Part shown: positions 17,470-25,185 of the stretch, piece after piece
Layout: each line of letters begins with the position of its first letter
Numbering within the stretch: the first letter of the stretch is position 1
Source: a virus
Lineage: Duplodnaviria; Caudoviricetes
Virus record (IMG/VR): IMGVR_UViG_3300047272_000017
Location: 1 to 25,187 of that record
Strand: one strand, 5' to 3'
Length of the DNA: 25,187 bases
The notes under the pieces: generated by a model
Told to the model about the DNA's origin: nothing
The model's input: the letters and a program-made list of their open reading frames with translations, nothing else
Databases searched by the model: none
Made by a program: the position numbers and the translations under genes

Positions 17470-18468
17470 TTAGTTGCGGTTACCGTTTGCACGGTCGTAT
17501 TTAACAAAGCTGTCAATCATTGCTTTCTTGCGCGATGGGTTGTCCCACGCACCAGCTTCTTTCATTGCCTTCACTCGCTCGGGCGACAAAATAAACTGAT
17601 TGCGGTTCGTACCACCGAATGCGCCAGAGGCTTCACGACCTGAGCTTCCCACTACGTTCCTCGGTTTTCTCACAGCAGAATTACTGTCAGTGTTTGTAGT
17701 ATAGCGGTGTGGCATAGCTTTTTGCAAGCGACTATCGAGCTCGTCCCAATAATCTGGGTCTTTTGGATCCCAACCCTCAGTGACCATGGCTTCGTCATGC
17801 TTCTTGGCAATCTGAGCGTCACGATCTGTACTGTTTGGGTCGTACCAAGTATTGCGCTTCATCCACTCGGCAGCGTTGCGTTGAATAGCAGGATCTGGTG
17901 CCTGATATTCGGGCTGGCGCTGTTGAGGTTGACGCAACTCTTGCTCGGCTTGTTGCTTGCGATACTTCAGTTGACCCAAAGCATCTTCAGCTTGACGCCA
18001 CAACGTCTGCGCTTCCACCATGGCTTCGCCGTCTGAATTGGTGGCAGCTTCTGCCAGCTTCATCTTGGCGTATTCAAGGCGGACTTGTTGGTCTTCAATG
18101 TCCTTGTCCATGCGAGAGATGCGACCCTGCTTGGATTCGTTCTCCACATTGGCCAAACGACGCTTGAACTCTTCGTTTTCACGTGCCAACTGCTGCAAGC
18201 GGAGGTCTTTTTCCTCGTTGGTCTTGCGGATCAGGTCTTTCTTGGCACGGCGACGGTTGCGTTTGGCTGCACGCAGCTCTTCACCGTCATCTGGATGGTC
18301 TGCATCGTCGTCGAGTTCGGCTTTGTCGGCTTTTGGCTCATCTTTTGGCTCTTTTGCCTCTTCGATGAAGTCATCACCACCCATGCCGTCGACTAAATCG
18401 ACCACTGCGGAGCCGTCTTGGCCCTCTTCAACGACCAAGTCGTCGGTTTTATCTTGATTTTTGCTCAT
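17470..18468 (-). CDS. Capsid scaffolding protein
   Basis: 332 aa. Acidic N-terminus, long coiled coil, WMKRNTWY...YWDELDSRL, C-terminal ILSPERVKAMKEAG helix. Located between portal and MCP. Confidence 0.8.
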   Translation of the reverse strand: MSKNQDKTDDLVVEEGQDGSAVVDLVDGMGGDDFIEEAKEPKDEPKADKAELDDDADHPDDGEELRAAKRNRRRAKKDLIRKTNEEKDLRLQQLARENEEFKRRLANVENESKQGRISRMDKDIEDQQVRLEYAKMKLAEAATNSDGEAMVEAQTLWRQAEDALGQLKYRKQQAEQELRQPQQRQPEYQAPDPAIQRNAAEWMKRNTWYDPNSTDRDAQIAKKHDEAMVTEGWDPKDPDYWDELDSRLQKAMPHRYTTNTDSNSAVRKPRNVVGSSGREASGAFGGTNRNQFILSPERVKAMKEAGAWDNPSRKKAMIDSFVKYDRANGNRN

Positions 18469-18480
18469 GTTTGTGTCCCT

Positions 18481-18939
18481 TTAGACATAGGCTTTGAACG
18501 AAAGCGGATCGTCTGTGATCTTCGCAATCAATTCGTGGTCGTTGATGGTCATAAACAGCACTGGATCTTCATCCTTGTCTGCACCGGGCACATTACGCTC
18601 CCAGCGATCACCACCCCAGCGTGGTACGCGCACAAAATCACCGATCTGTGCCCAGCTACCCTCTGGCCATGACGTCATCGTGTCGCGGTTCTTGTAAGCC
18701 AAAGGCCCAAAAGCCACGACCTTGCCGATCATGTTGTTCCACTTCTCGTTTTCTTTCGTCTCGTCGACGATGATGATGCGGCCCGACGTCTTTTTGATTC
18801 GACGCAGTTGCACAATCACTCGACCACCCATCGGCGCTTGGCCGGGGTTGACGTCTGGAAACGCCCATGCCAACTCAGCGGGGTCCGATGCTTGCGCACT
18901 TCCCTCGATTGTTGGGATCTTCTCTTTCTCGTCACTCAT
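18481..18939 (-). CDS. groES: GroES-like (Cpn10) co-chaperonin
   Basis: PMGGRVIVQ, KKTSGRIII (mobile loop), GKVVAFGP, QIGDFV and MTINDHELIAKI follow the GroES pattern. ATG 18939 lies 5 nt after AAGGAG. Confidence 0.85.
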   Translation of the reverse strand: MSDEKEKIPTIEGSAQASDPAELAWAFPDVNPGQAPMGGRVIVQLRRIKKTSGRIIIVDETKENEKWNNMIGKVVAFGPLAYKNRDTMTSWPEGSWAQIGDFVRVPRWGGDRWERNVPGADKDEDPVLFMTINDHELIAKITDDPLSFKAYV

Positions 18940-18949
18940 ACTCACTCCT

Positions 18950-19017
18950 TAAACACCATATTGCAGGTGCATCATCAAAGCGCTTTTCAGCGCGGCCTCA
19001 CCCACAGGAGCGTGGGT
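18950..19017 (-). promoter_or_regulatory. Three-hairpin structured leader upstream of groES
   Basis: ACCCAC/GTGGGT, GCGCT-GAAA-AGCGC and GCACC-TGCAATAT-GGTGT fill the intergenic gap up to the RBS. Confidence 0.55.
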
Positions 19018-19199
19018 TAATCTTCTCTGCCTTCGTTCTGCTCCAAGATACGGTCGAGAGCGTCAAGGGCGAACTGAATGCCCTGAGCTTCACCGACCAT
19101 TCGTTGGTAGCCTTCCCAAGAGTGGGCGTTTCCCGAGGCAAGGGAAGACCCGATCTCTTGTTGGCGCAACTTGATCACATGGATCAGTTGGTTGATCAT
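19017..19199 (-). CDS. Small helical hypothetical protein
   Basis: 60 aa with LASGNAHSWEGYQRMVGEAQGI. ATGA-coupled to the upstream ORF; lies between portal and groES. Confidence 0.8.
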   Translation of the reverse strand: MINQLIHVIKLRQQEIGSSLASGNAHSWEGYQRMVGEAQGIQFALDALDRILEQNEGRED

Positions 19200-19342
19200 T
19201 TTTTCTTAGCTTGAGCCAAGCCGCCTTGAGGCTTCTTAGCGTCGCTGCCTTTGAGGCTTTGACCAGTCAGCTTCTCACCCATGGCGAGGCGCTTGTGTTG
19301 GGGCACGTTCACGCCCTTTTGTTCTTGATCAGAAATTGCCAT
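19196..19342 (-). CDS. Small basic hypothetical protein (48 aa)
   Basis: Below the ORF-track cutoff. MAISDQEQKGVNVPQHKRLAMGEKLTGQSLKGSDAKKPQGGLAQAKKK. AGGAG RBS; start overlaps the portal end by 14 nt. Confidence 0.75.
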   Translation of the reverse strand: MAISDQEQKGVNVPQHKRLAMGEKLTGQSLKGSDAKKPQGGLAQAKKK

Positions 19343-21860
19343 TTGGCGCTCCTAGTTGTTGTGGCATACCTTCAGGCATTGCCGGTGGTTGAGGCGCTGC
19401 CATTGGCATTGCCGGTTGACCTGCGCCCATTGTAGGGGCAGGTTGTGGCGTTACCGCCAATTCGTTTGCATGTTGGATCGTTTCGTGAGTCAGTTTCTGA
19501 TTCTCGATGTCGATCTTCGTGTCGTTGTCCATCTTGTGCATCTGGACGTCCGCGAGCAACTTGGCTTGCGCCTCTTGTGCTTTCTGTGCGTCGGCTTGCT
19601 TCTTGCGCTCGGTCTCTGCCATGCTGGTGTCTTTGACGACCTGTGCATCTGGTGGCAACTGACCTTTGGCCGCTTGCTGGCGCTGCTGGGCTTGCTGAAT
19701 GAGCTGCTGGAAGGCTGGAATGAACTGCTCGAACACTTCCTTGGTATCCAACGCTACGTGGCCTCCAACAGCCGTATAGAGCTTGTCAATGGACGCGGTG
19801 AGGGCAGGGTCGTCGTAGTTGTCCACGGGCTTGCCATTCTGCGATTTAGCCACGTAGCCATTCGAACGGTTGAGGTACCACAGCGTCATGTGTTGCTTGA
19901 TGTGTTCGATCAAGTGGTTGAGGTAACCGGGGTCCGCGAATGGCGACTGGCCAAAGAACGGGTTCAAGCCAAACTGCAAGTGGTCTTGGATGTGGGCGAT
20001 GTGATCTTGCTGCATGTACGCATAGGCTGGTTGGCCAATGAGCATTGCGGCGTTCTCGTCTGCCGATGTGCGCTGCTCTGGTGATGGTGTTTCCTTCATC
20101 AGTTCGTTGATGTTGGGCACCTTCATCTGCTTGAGCGAGCGAGACAGCACGGCGTTCATGTTGAACTCTTGCGGGTGCTTGTCGGCCAACTGAATCACAG
20201 CCTGCATCTGAGCCATACGCTGGGTCTCAGAGAAGATGTGTGGATCAGAGACGGGGATCACGTCGGTGTTGCGTGCGAAGTCTTCGCGTGTGATGTCGAG
20301 GTCGGCCACGACTTCAGACTTGCGCATGTCGTCGAAGTGCCAACGGTTCAAGCGGCAAAGGATCTTCAGCACACGTGACTGCGACTCATGCAAGCGTGCA
20401 TGGATGGCAGAGAACACTGACGCGCCTTGTTCGATCAAAGCCTGCGTGGTGCCCACTGGTGCGTTGGCGTTCACGTCGGCGATCTTCTCTTCCGATGTGC
20501 TCACCACGCCCTTGGCGGCATTGTCCAGCCAGCCCAAGAGCTTGAACAGCACTTCGCTTGGTGGGTTGAACGGCATTGGCATGGCGATCTGGCGGATGTC
20601 TTGCACGCCGGGTGCGCCTTCGATCTCAACGATCTGCGTCACTTCCACTTGCTGTGACTGGCCGCTGATCTTCGCGCCCTTGAGCTTCAGCATGGTCGCG
20701 GCGTTGTTGATGTGAGCCGAGTCCATCAAAGCACGCAGGGAGCCCGTCAAAGCGGCACTGAGGCCACCGATCAGGTGAGGCAAGCCAATGGCATAGGCAC
20801 CACGCCATGGGATGAACTTGAACTCGACGATCCAATCCAGCTTGGTCATTGTCTCGTCGGTCTCTTCCCAATTGCGGTACAGGCCCACCACCTCGTTGTC
20901 GAGCTCGTCGATCATCAAGATGTACGGAGCCATCTCGCCTTTGCTGTACTTGTCGTCTTCCAACTCAAGGTAGGTGTAGACGTGGTAGACCTTACGCAGA
21001 CCGTCTTCGTTGTCTTCGTACTGCTTACCTTCGATCTTGTTGTTGGCCTTCTCGACCTTGTTCTGCTCAATGGTGCCAGAGGCTTGCACCATGTTGATGT
21101 CGCGGTACATGCCGCTGGCAATGCGTCGGTTGAACTCCCAATGGGTGATCTCATGCACTTCAGCCGCACGCTGGGCGGTGTAGAAGTTGGTCGCAGCGAA
21201 TGGGAGGATCACGCGGTCGATTGGCAAGAACTCCACGCATGGGCGCTTCTTCTGTTCGTCGAACCAAATCTTGAAATACTGTGAGCCACCCAATGGCAAC
21301 TGAGTCAACAACTGCTCTTGCTCGTCACGGAACTCTTCAATCTGTTCGGTGATCTGCCAATTGAGGTAGTCCTTCTTGCGCTCGGCGCGGTCGGCCTTGA
21401 TGTCGTCCATCTTGCCAAGGATCTTGGTGCGCACAGGACCGTCTGGTGGGTACATCTCTTTGATGGCCTTGGCAGCGAAGTCAACGCAGCCCTCGGCCAT
21501 GGCGGGGTGAACCACCTTAGATGCGCCCATGAAGGTTGCGCCGCCGGGTGCATCGCTGCCCATGCCAGTGCGGCGAATGCCCTCTTCGTATTGCTTGTCG
21601 CGCAGTGATCGCGCTTCTTTGTCCTTTTGCAACAAGTCGATGTAGCGCATCGAAATCTTGTTCAACTCGTAATCGTCGTAGTCCTCTGACATGTTGGCAT
21701 AGAAGTCGGGGTTGACCTCTGGGCCGTCATCTTCCATCGTCACGATGGCCGAGCCGTCTGGCAGCTCTTCAGTGTCAAGATCCACCTCTGGCATGTCGAC
21801 GGCAGCAGAGCCGTCTAGGTTCTCGGTGATCTGTGGGTCTTCTTGATTGAGTTCGTCCAT
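19329..21860 (-). CDS. Portal protein (large, P22-like podoviral type)
   Basis: ~843 aa with FMGASKVVHPAMAE, PPDGPVRT, LPLGGSQYFKIWFD, FIPWRGAYAIGLPHLIGG, APVGTTQALIEQG and IPVSDP, plus a Q-rich C-terminal coil. Start is ATG 21860 or GTG 21863. Confidence 0.9.
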   Translation of the reverse strand: MDELNQEDPQITENLDGSAAVDMPEVDLDTEELPDGSAIVTMEDDGPEVNPDFYANMSEDYDDYELNKISMRYIDLLQKDKEARSLRDKQYEEGIRRTGMGSDAPGGATFMGASKVVHPAMAEGCVDFAAKAIKEMYPPDGPVRTKILGKMDDIKADRAERKKDYLNWQITEQIEEFRDEQEQLLTQLPLGGSQYFKIWFDEQKKRPCVEFLPIDRVILPFAATNFYTAQRAAEVHEITHWEFNRRIASGMYRDINMVQASGTIEQNKVEKANNKIEGKQYEDNEDGLRKVYHVYTYLELEDDKYSKGEMAPYILMIDELDNEVVGLYRNWEETDETMTKLDWIVEFKFIPWRGAYAIGLPHLIGGLSAALTGSLRALMDSAHINNAATMLKLKGAKISGQSQQVEVTQIVEIEGAPGVQDIRQIAMPMPFNPPSEVLFKLLGWLDNAAKGVVSTSEEKIADVNANAPVGTTQALIEQGASVFSAIHARLHESQSRVLKILCRLNRWHFDDMRKSEVVADLDITREDFARNTDVIPVSDPHIFSETQRMAQMQAVIQLADKHPQEFNMNAVLSRSLKQMKVPNINELMKETPSPEQRTSADENAAMLIGQPAYAYMQQDHIAHIQDHLQFGLNPFFGQSPFADPGYLNHLIEHIKQHMTLWYLNRSNGYVAKSQNGKPVDNYDDPALTASIDKLYTAVGGHVALDTKEVFEQFIPAFQQLIQQAQQRQQAAKGQLPPDAQVVKDTSMAETERKKQADAQKAQEAQAKLLADVQMHKMDNDTKIDIENQKLTHETIQHANELAVTPQPAPTMGAGQPAMPMAAPQPPAMPEGMPQQLGAPNGNF

Positions 21861-24100
21861 CACTTGGCCTTTTTGCGTTTATTGCTTAATTCTAAGTTAA
21901 TGGTGTCCATGTCTGCATGCATTTTCACCTTGCCGCCTTTTTTGTAGCCAAGGCGCTTCTTCATGGCTTGCTCATACGCGCCCATTTGATTGATGAACTG
22001 TTCGTCAATCGGTTCGCGGATGATGTTCATCTTGGCTTGGTTGAAGGGCACAACCTTCTTACCCATGGCCGCGATCTCCTTCTTGGCGTTGGCCATAGAG
22101 CGAGGTGCCAGCAAGTCAGCGGGTGTGAGGTACTTCGTCTTGCCCACTAAGCGCGATGGGATGTCGTGGCCATACGTTGGGTGAGGGGAGATGCTTTCCT
22201 TCAGGCTGCGCGATGGGTCGAACTGGATGATAGACGAGCCACCGGCACCAGTCTCGATGTTGCGCAACTCGGGGTGGCTGATCGCGTAGATGATGTCGTC
22301 GAGCTTTTGCTTGCCGCCGGGGAAATACTTCTCTTTACCCAACAAGCCAATGATCTTCTTGCGCATGCCCGAACTCATTTGGCCGTGCAACATCACGTCC
22401 TCTGGGTTCTCAAAGCCGGGGAACTCGGGGTAAGGCACATCGTGCTTGCTTGTCGTAGTCGTCTCTTCACGCATCAAGCGGTTGAGCATGGCGATACGCT
22501 CCATGGGAGACGCATGTGGCTTGTGGTGGGAGATGACCGCGTCGAGCATGTGGACCGCGTGGTTCAACGCCTCGGGCGACATCTTGTGGTAATGGCCATA
22601 GACCTTGCGCTCTGGGTTCTCTTCGGCCAACTTCTTGACCACGTTAAACATGCCAGCGCTTGCGCCCAAGTCACTTGCCCAGCCTTCTGGGTGGCCAAAC
22701 GCGCCATAGTCTTTGCCGCCGTACAGGCCCACGGGCTTGTCCAGCTTCTCGCCACCGATGGACTCAAGGTACTCACCTGCCTTGGGTGCGCCCATGCTCT
22801 TGCCCTTGGTGGGCTTGACACCACCACGGCTTGTATCGCCCGGCACGCCCACGGAGTACGAGTCCTTCAAGTCCTCATAGTTGATCACGGGCACGTCCAT
22901 CTTCTTGGAGCCCTTGATACCCACGGGCAAGTCCTTCTCACGTGCGATCTGTTGCAACGTCTTCTGATTGGGATTGTCCACGCCTTGCATCTGACGGACC
23001 ATGCGCTCGGCCATGGCTTCAATGTCAGCCTGCTTCAGCACTGGCGATGGCTCATAGTGCAAAGACTTCTCGACCTTGCCGCCCTTGGCCAACTGTTGGA
23101 AGTTGTCGATGCTGTAGTTCGTCGCGCCGTTGTCCATGTTCTGGTTGTCAGGCGTGGTGGTCATGCTGCTTGGGTCTTTGATGACCGTGGGCAGTGGACG
23201 TGGCTCAAGGCCACCCTGTGCCAACTGAGGCACGCTAGGCGAGCTTGCAGTGCCGCTTAATTGACTTAGCGTAGTGATGCCACCACCGTCGGCCATCTGA
23301 GGCATTGGTGGCTTCATGGCGGCCATTGCTTGACCTTGGGGCGTCATCTGCAAGATGTTGCTGCCGCCTTGTGGTGGAGGGGCACCAGCGCCACCCAATG
23401 GTGATGGAGCGCCTTGTGGTGCGCCTTCTGGTTGACCTTGAGGTGCAGGCTGTGCCATGTTGGCAGGCATCAGTTGGTTGCCGGGCTGGCCTTTGTTCAT
23501 GTCCACGCCACCCATTGGCAGCGGTTGATCACCCATGCTCACACCACCCACAGGGAATGGGCCTTGGTCGGTGCGCGTCGGTGGCACGAAGGCTTTGATG
23601 TCGAGGCCGGGCGCTTCATTCGCGCCGATGTTGCGCATGTCGTTGAAGTTTGGCTTGGCCTTCTTGACCAATGCTTGCTTCATCTCGTCAAGAGATGGCT
23701 GCACTGCGCCGCCCATGGCCTTCTTGACCACGAAGGGTGTCAGCTTCTTGCCAGTCTTCTCAAGGGTGTGGTAGCCACCGAAGCCAGCCTTCTTGATCGC
23801 GCCAAGGATGCGGGGGTCTTCAATGTGCTTGTAGTTACCAGTGCTCAACACCTCGCCCATCAGCTTGGGGTCGTAGGCTTTGAAGTCTTTGTGCTTGGCG
23901 ACATGGCCAGCGACTGAGCTGACGTGCTCAGGGTTCTCGTAATCGAATGCGTTCACAGTGCCTCCTTCGGCTTTCTTGTTGGCCATTGCCTCTGCGTTGG
24001 CTAGAGCTTGCTTTTGGCGTTGATCTGTCTGAGCTTTCAATGCGAACTCTTGCTTGAGTTGCTCCAGCTTGGCGCGAATGTCGTCGTTGGGTTGGGCCAT
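21860..24100 (-). CDS. Mosaic multi-module protein between terminase and portal (putative internal virion cargo)
   Basis: Start is probably ATG 24100 (GAGG RBS), giving 746 aa. Modules are separated by six xxGGxV motifs; P/Q/G/M-rich linker; ~370-aa globular C-terminal domain. Confidence 0.8.
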   Translation of the reverse strand: MAQPNDDIRAKLEQLKQEFALKAQTDQRQKQALANAEAMANKKAEGGTVNAFDYENPEHVSSVAGHVAKHKDFKAYDPKLMGEVLSTGNYKHIEDPRILGAIKKAGFGGYHTLEKTGKKLTPFVVKKAMGGAVQPSLDEMKQALVKKAKPNFNDMRNIGANEAPGLDIKAFVPPTRTDQGPFPVGGVSMGDQPLPMGGVDMNKGQPGNQLMPANMAQPAPQGQPEGAPQGAPSPLGGAGAPPPQGGSNILQMTPQGQAMAAMKPPMPQMADGGGITTLSQLSGTASSPSVPQLAQGGLEPRPLPTVIKDPSSMTTTPDNQNMDNGATNYSIDNFQQLAKGGKVEKSLHYEPSPVLKQADIEAMAERMVRQMQGVDNPNQKTLQQIAREKDLPVGIKGSKKMDVPVINYEDLKDSYSVGVPGDTSRGGVKPTKGKSMGAPKAGEYLESIGGEKLDKPVGLYGGKDYGAFGHPEGWASDLGASAGMFNVVKKLAEENPERKVYGHYHKMSPEALNHAVHMLDAVISHHKPHASPMERIAMLNRLMREETTTTSKHDVPYPEFPGFENPEDVMLHGQMSSGMRKKIIGLLGKEKYFPGGKQKLDDIIYAISHPELRNIETGAGGSSIIQFDPSRSLKESISPHPTYGHDIPSRLVGKTKYLTPADLLAPRSMANAKKEIAAMGKKVVPFNQAKMNIIREPIDEQFINQMGAYEQAMKKRLGYKKGGKVKMHADMDTINLELSNKRKKAK

Positions 24101-24125
24101 GTGAACCTCATTGGGGATTGGCGAC

Positions 24126-24154
24126 ATTATGCCTTTGTCAAGCGAATTATTCAA
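24126..24154 (-). promoter_or_regulatory. Putative sigma70-type promoter for the head operon
   Basis: Minus strand TTGAAT-17 nt-CATAAT in the AT-rich gap after terL, 25 nt upstream of ATG 24100. Confidence 0.55.
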
Positions 24155-24172
24155 ATGTGATGTGGCGAGCAA

Positions 24173-24189
24173 GTGCAGTTAAACTGCAC
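24173..24189. promoter_or_regulatory. 17-bp palindrome GTGCAGTT-A-AACTGCAC (operator or hairpin)
   Basis: Perfect 8-bp inverted repeat. The exact reverse complement occurs at 15316..15332. Confidence 0.6.
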
Positions 24190-24201
24190 CTTACAGCTTT
24201 C

Positions 24202-25185
24202 TTACACAGCGTAAGGGTTGGTGCTCTCACGTTTGTTGTACTCGTTCGCATCCAAGATGTCGTCTTCGTCAAGGTCGTCCCGTGGTGGGGCGTCGATGCT
24301 GATCCATCCATAGTCACGCAGGTAGCGCAGTCCCTGTGAGATGCAGTCGACGAACTCGTCATGCACTGTGCCCTCTGGGAACGAGCAAATCTGGCTGACC
24401 ATACCTTCGGCCCAATCTTTGACGTAACCCTTGTTCACGCTGCTCTCAGGCACCCACACGCGGCCAGCACGGATGATGTTGGCCACGATGCTCAGGCGTT
24501 GGACCTTGTCAGCCCTGCCGGGGTTGTAGGCGTGGACGGGCAGGTGAGCCTGACGCAAGTCTTGCAGCAGGGAGATGCCAGCGCTCTTGTCCTCAATCAG
24601 CAGCAGGTCGACCCGCTTCTTCTCTTTGCCGTCGCCGTACACCACCTCGAACTCGTCGATCACCTTGGGGCGGAGCTGGGGATACTGAAGGTGCTCTTGC
24701 CAGCAGTCGATGATCATCACGCACATGCCGCCATCCAATGGCTTGAACACGCCCATGGTGATGCAGCCTGTCGGGTCGTTGTGCGTCTTGTCTGACGTGG
24801 CGCAGTCGTAGGACTGAATGATGTACTCGAACTTGGGGAAGGCGCGGCCATTAGGCCACAGCTTGAACCAATCGCGCTTGACGATACCGCCCTCTTCAGG
24901 GTCGATGATCTCGGCGTAAATCTCTTGGCGGCCCAGCTTCGTGCCCTCGTACTGAAGGATCTGCTTCTGGAACGATGCGGCCAAGTTGGCCACGTTCACG
25001 TAGGTGGACGCCTTGGTCACCACCACGTCGTCGCCTTCGCGGTCGATCAGGTCCATCACCAGCGGCTTGGGCTTGGGCGTGGTAGACGCAATGATCTTGG
25101 TCTTAGACCCCAAGCGCACGGCGAACATGATCATGTCCCACGCTTCTTGCAGGTAGTCCCATGCGGCCAGCTCGTCTAGCCATGC
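24202..25185 (-). CDS. terL: Terminase large subunit, 5'-truncated
   Basis: The frame stays open past the track start to the window edge (AWLDELAAW, Walker B). Coupling motif STTP; RNase H-like nuclease motifs QSYDCA, IEDKSAG and HDEFVD. Confidence 0.93.
   Translation of the reverse strand, partial: AWLDELAAWDYLQEAWDMIMFAVRLGSKTKIIASTTPKPKPLVMDLIDREGDDVVVTKASTYVNVANLAASFQKQILQYEGTKLGRQEIYAEIIDPEEGGIVKRDWFKLWPNGRAFPKFEYIIQSYDCATSDKTHNDPTGCITMGVFKPLDGGMCVMIIDCWQEHLQYPQLRPKVIDEFEVVYGDGKEKKRVDLLLIEDKSAGISLLQDLRQAHLPVHAYNPGRADKVQRLSIVANIIRAGRVWVPESSVNKGYVKDWAEGMVSQICSFPEGTVHDEFVDCISQGLRYLRDYGWISIDAPPRDDLDEDDILDANEYNKRESTNPYAV

Noticed and set aside
18950-19017. tRNA gene in the three-hairpin gap
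   Set aside because: No acceptor stem, no TTC T-loop and no cloverleaf closure.
24136-24141. Perfect TTGACA on the minus strand as the -35 box
   Set aside because: It is only 4 nt from CATAAT. TTGAAT gives the correct 17-nt spacing.
2728-24172. Longest-ORF starts in the track for several genes (3309, 3693, 5054, 10429, 12239, 24172)
   Set aside because: The extensions overlap upstream genes or the promoter. Downstream ATGs with an RBS or stop-start coupling fit better.
2-25179. Numerous plus-strand and alternative-frame ORFs in the track (e.g. 2..649, 1624..2298, 9207..9968, 19356..20084, 22166..23260)
   Set aside because: They are shadows of well-supported minus-strand genes, with no recognisable motifs and with antisense-type composition.
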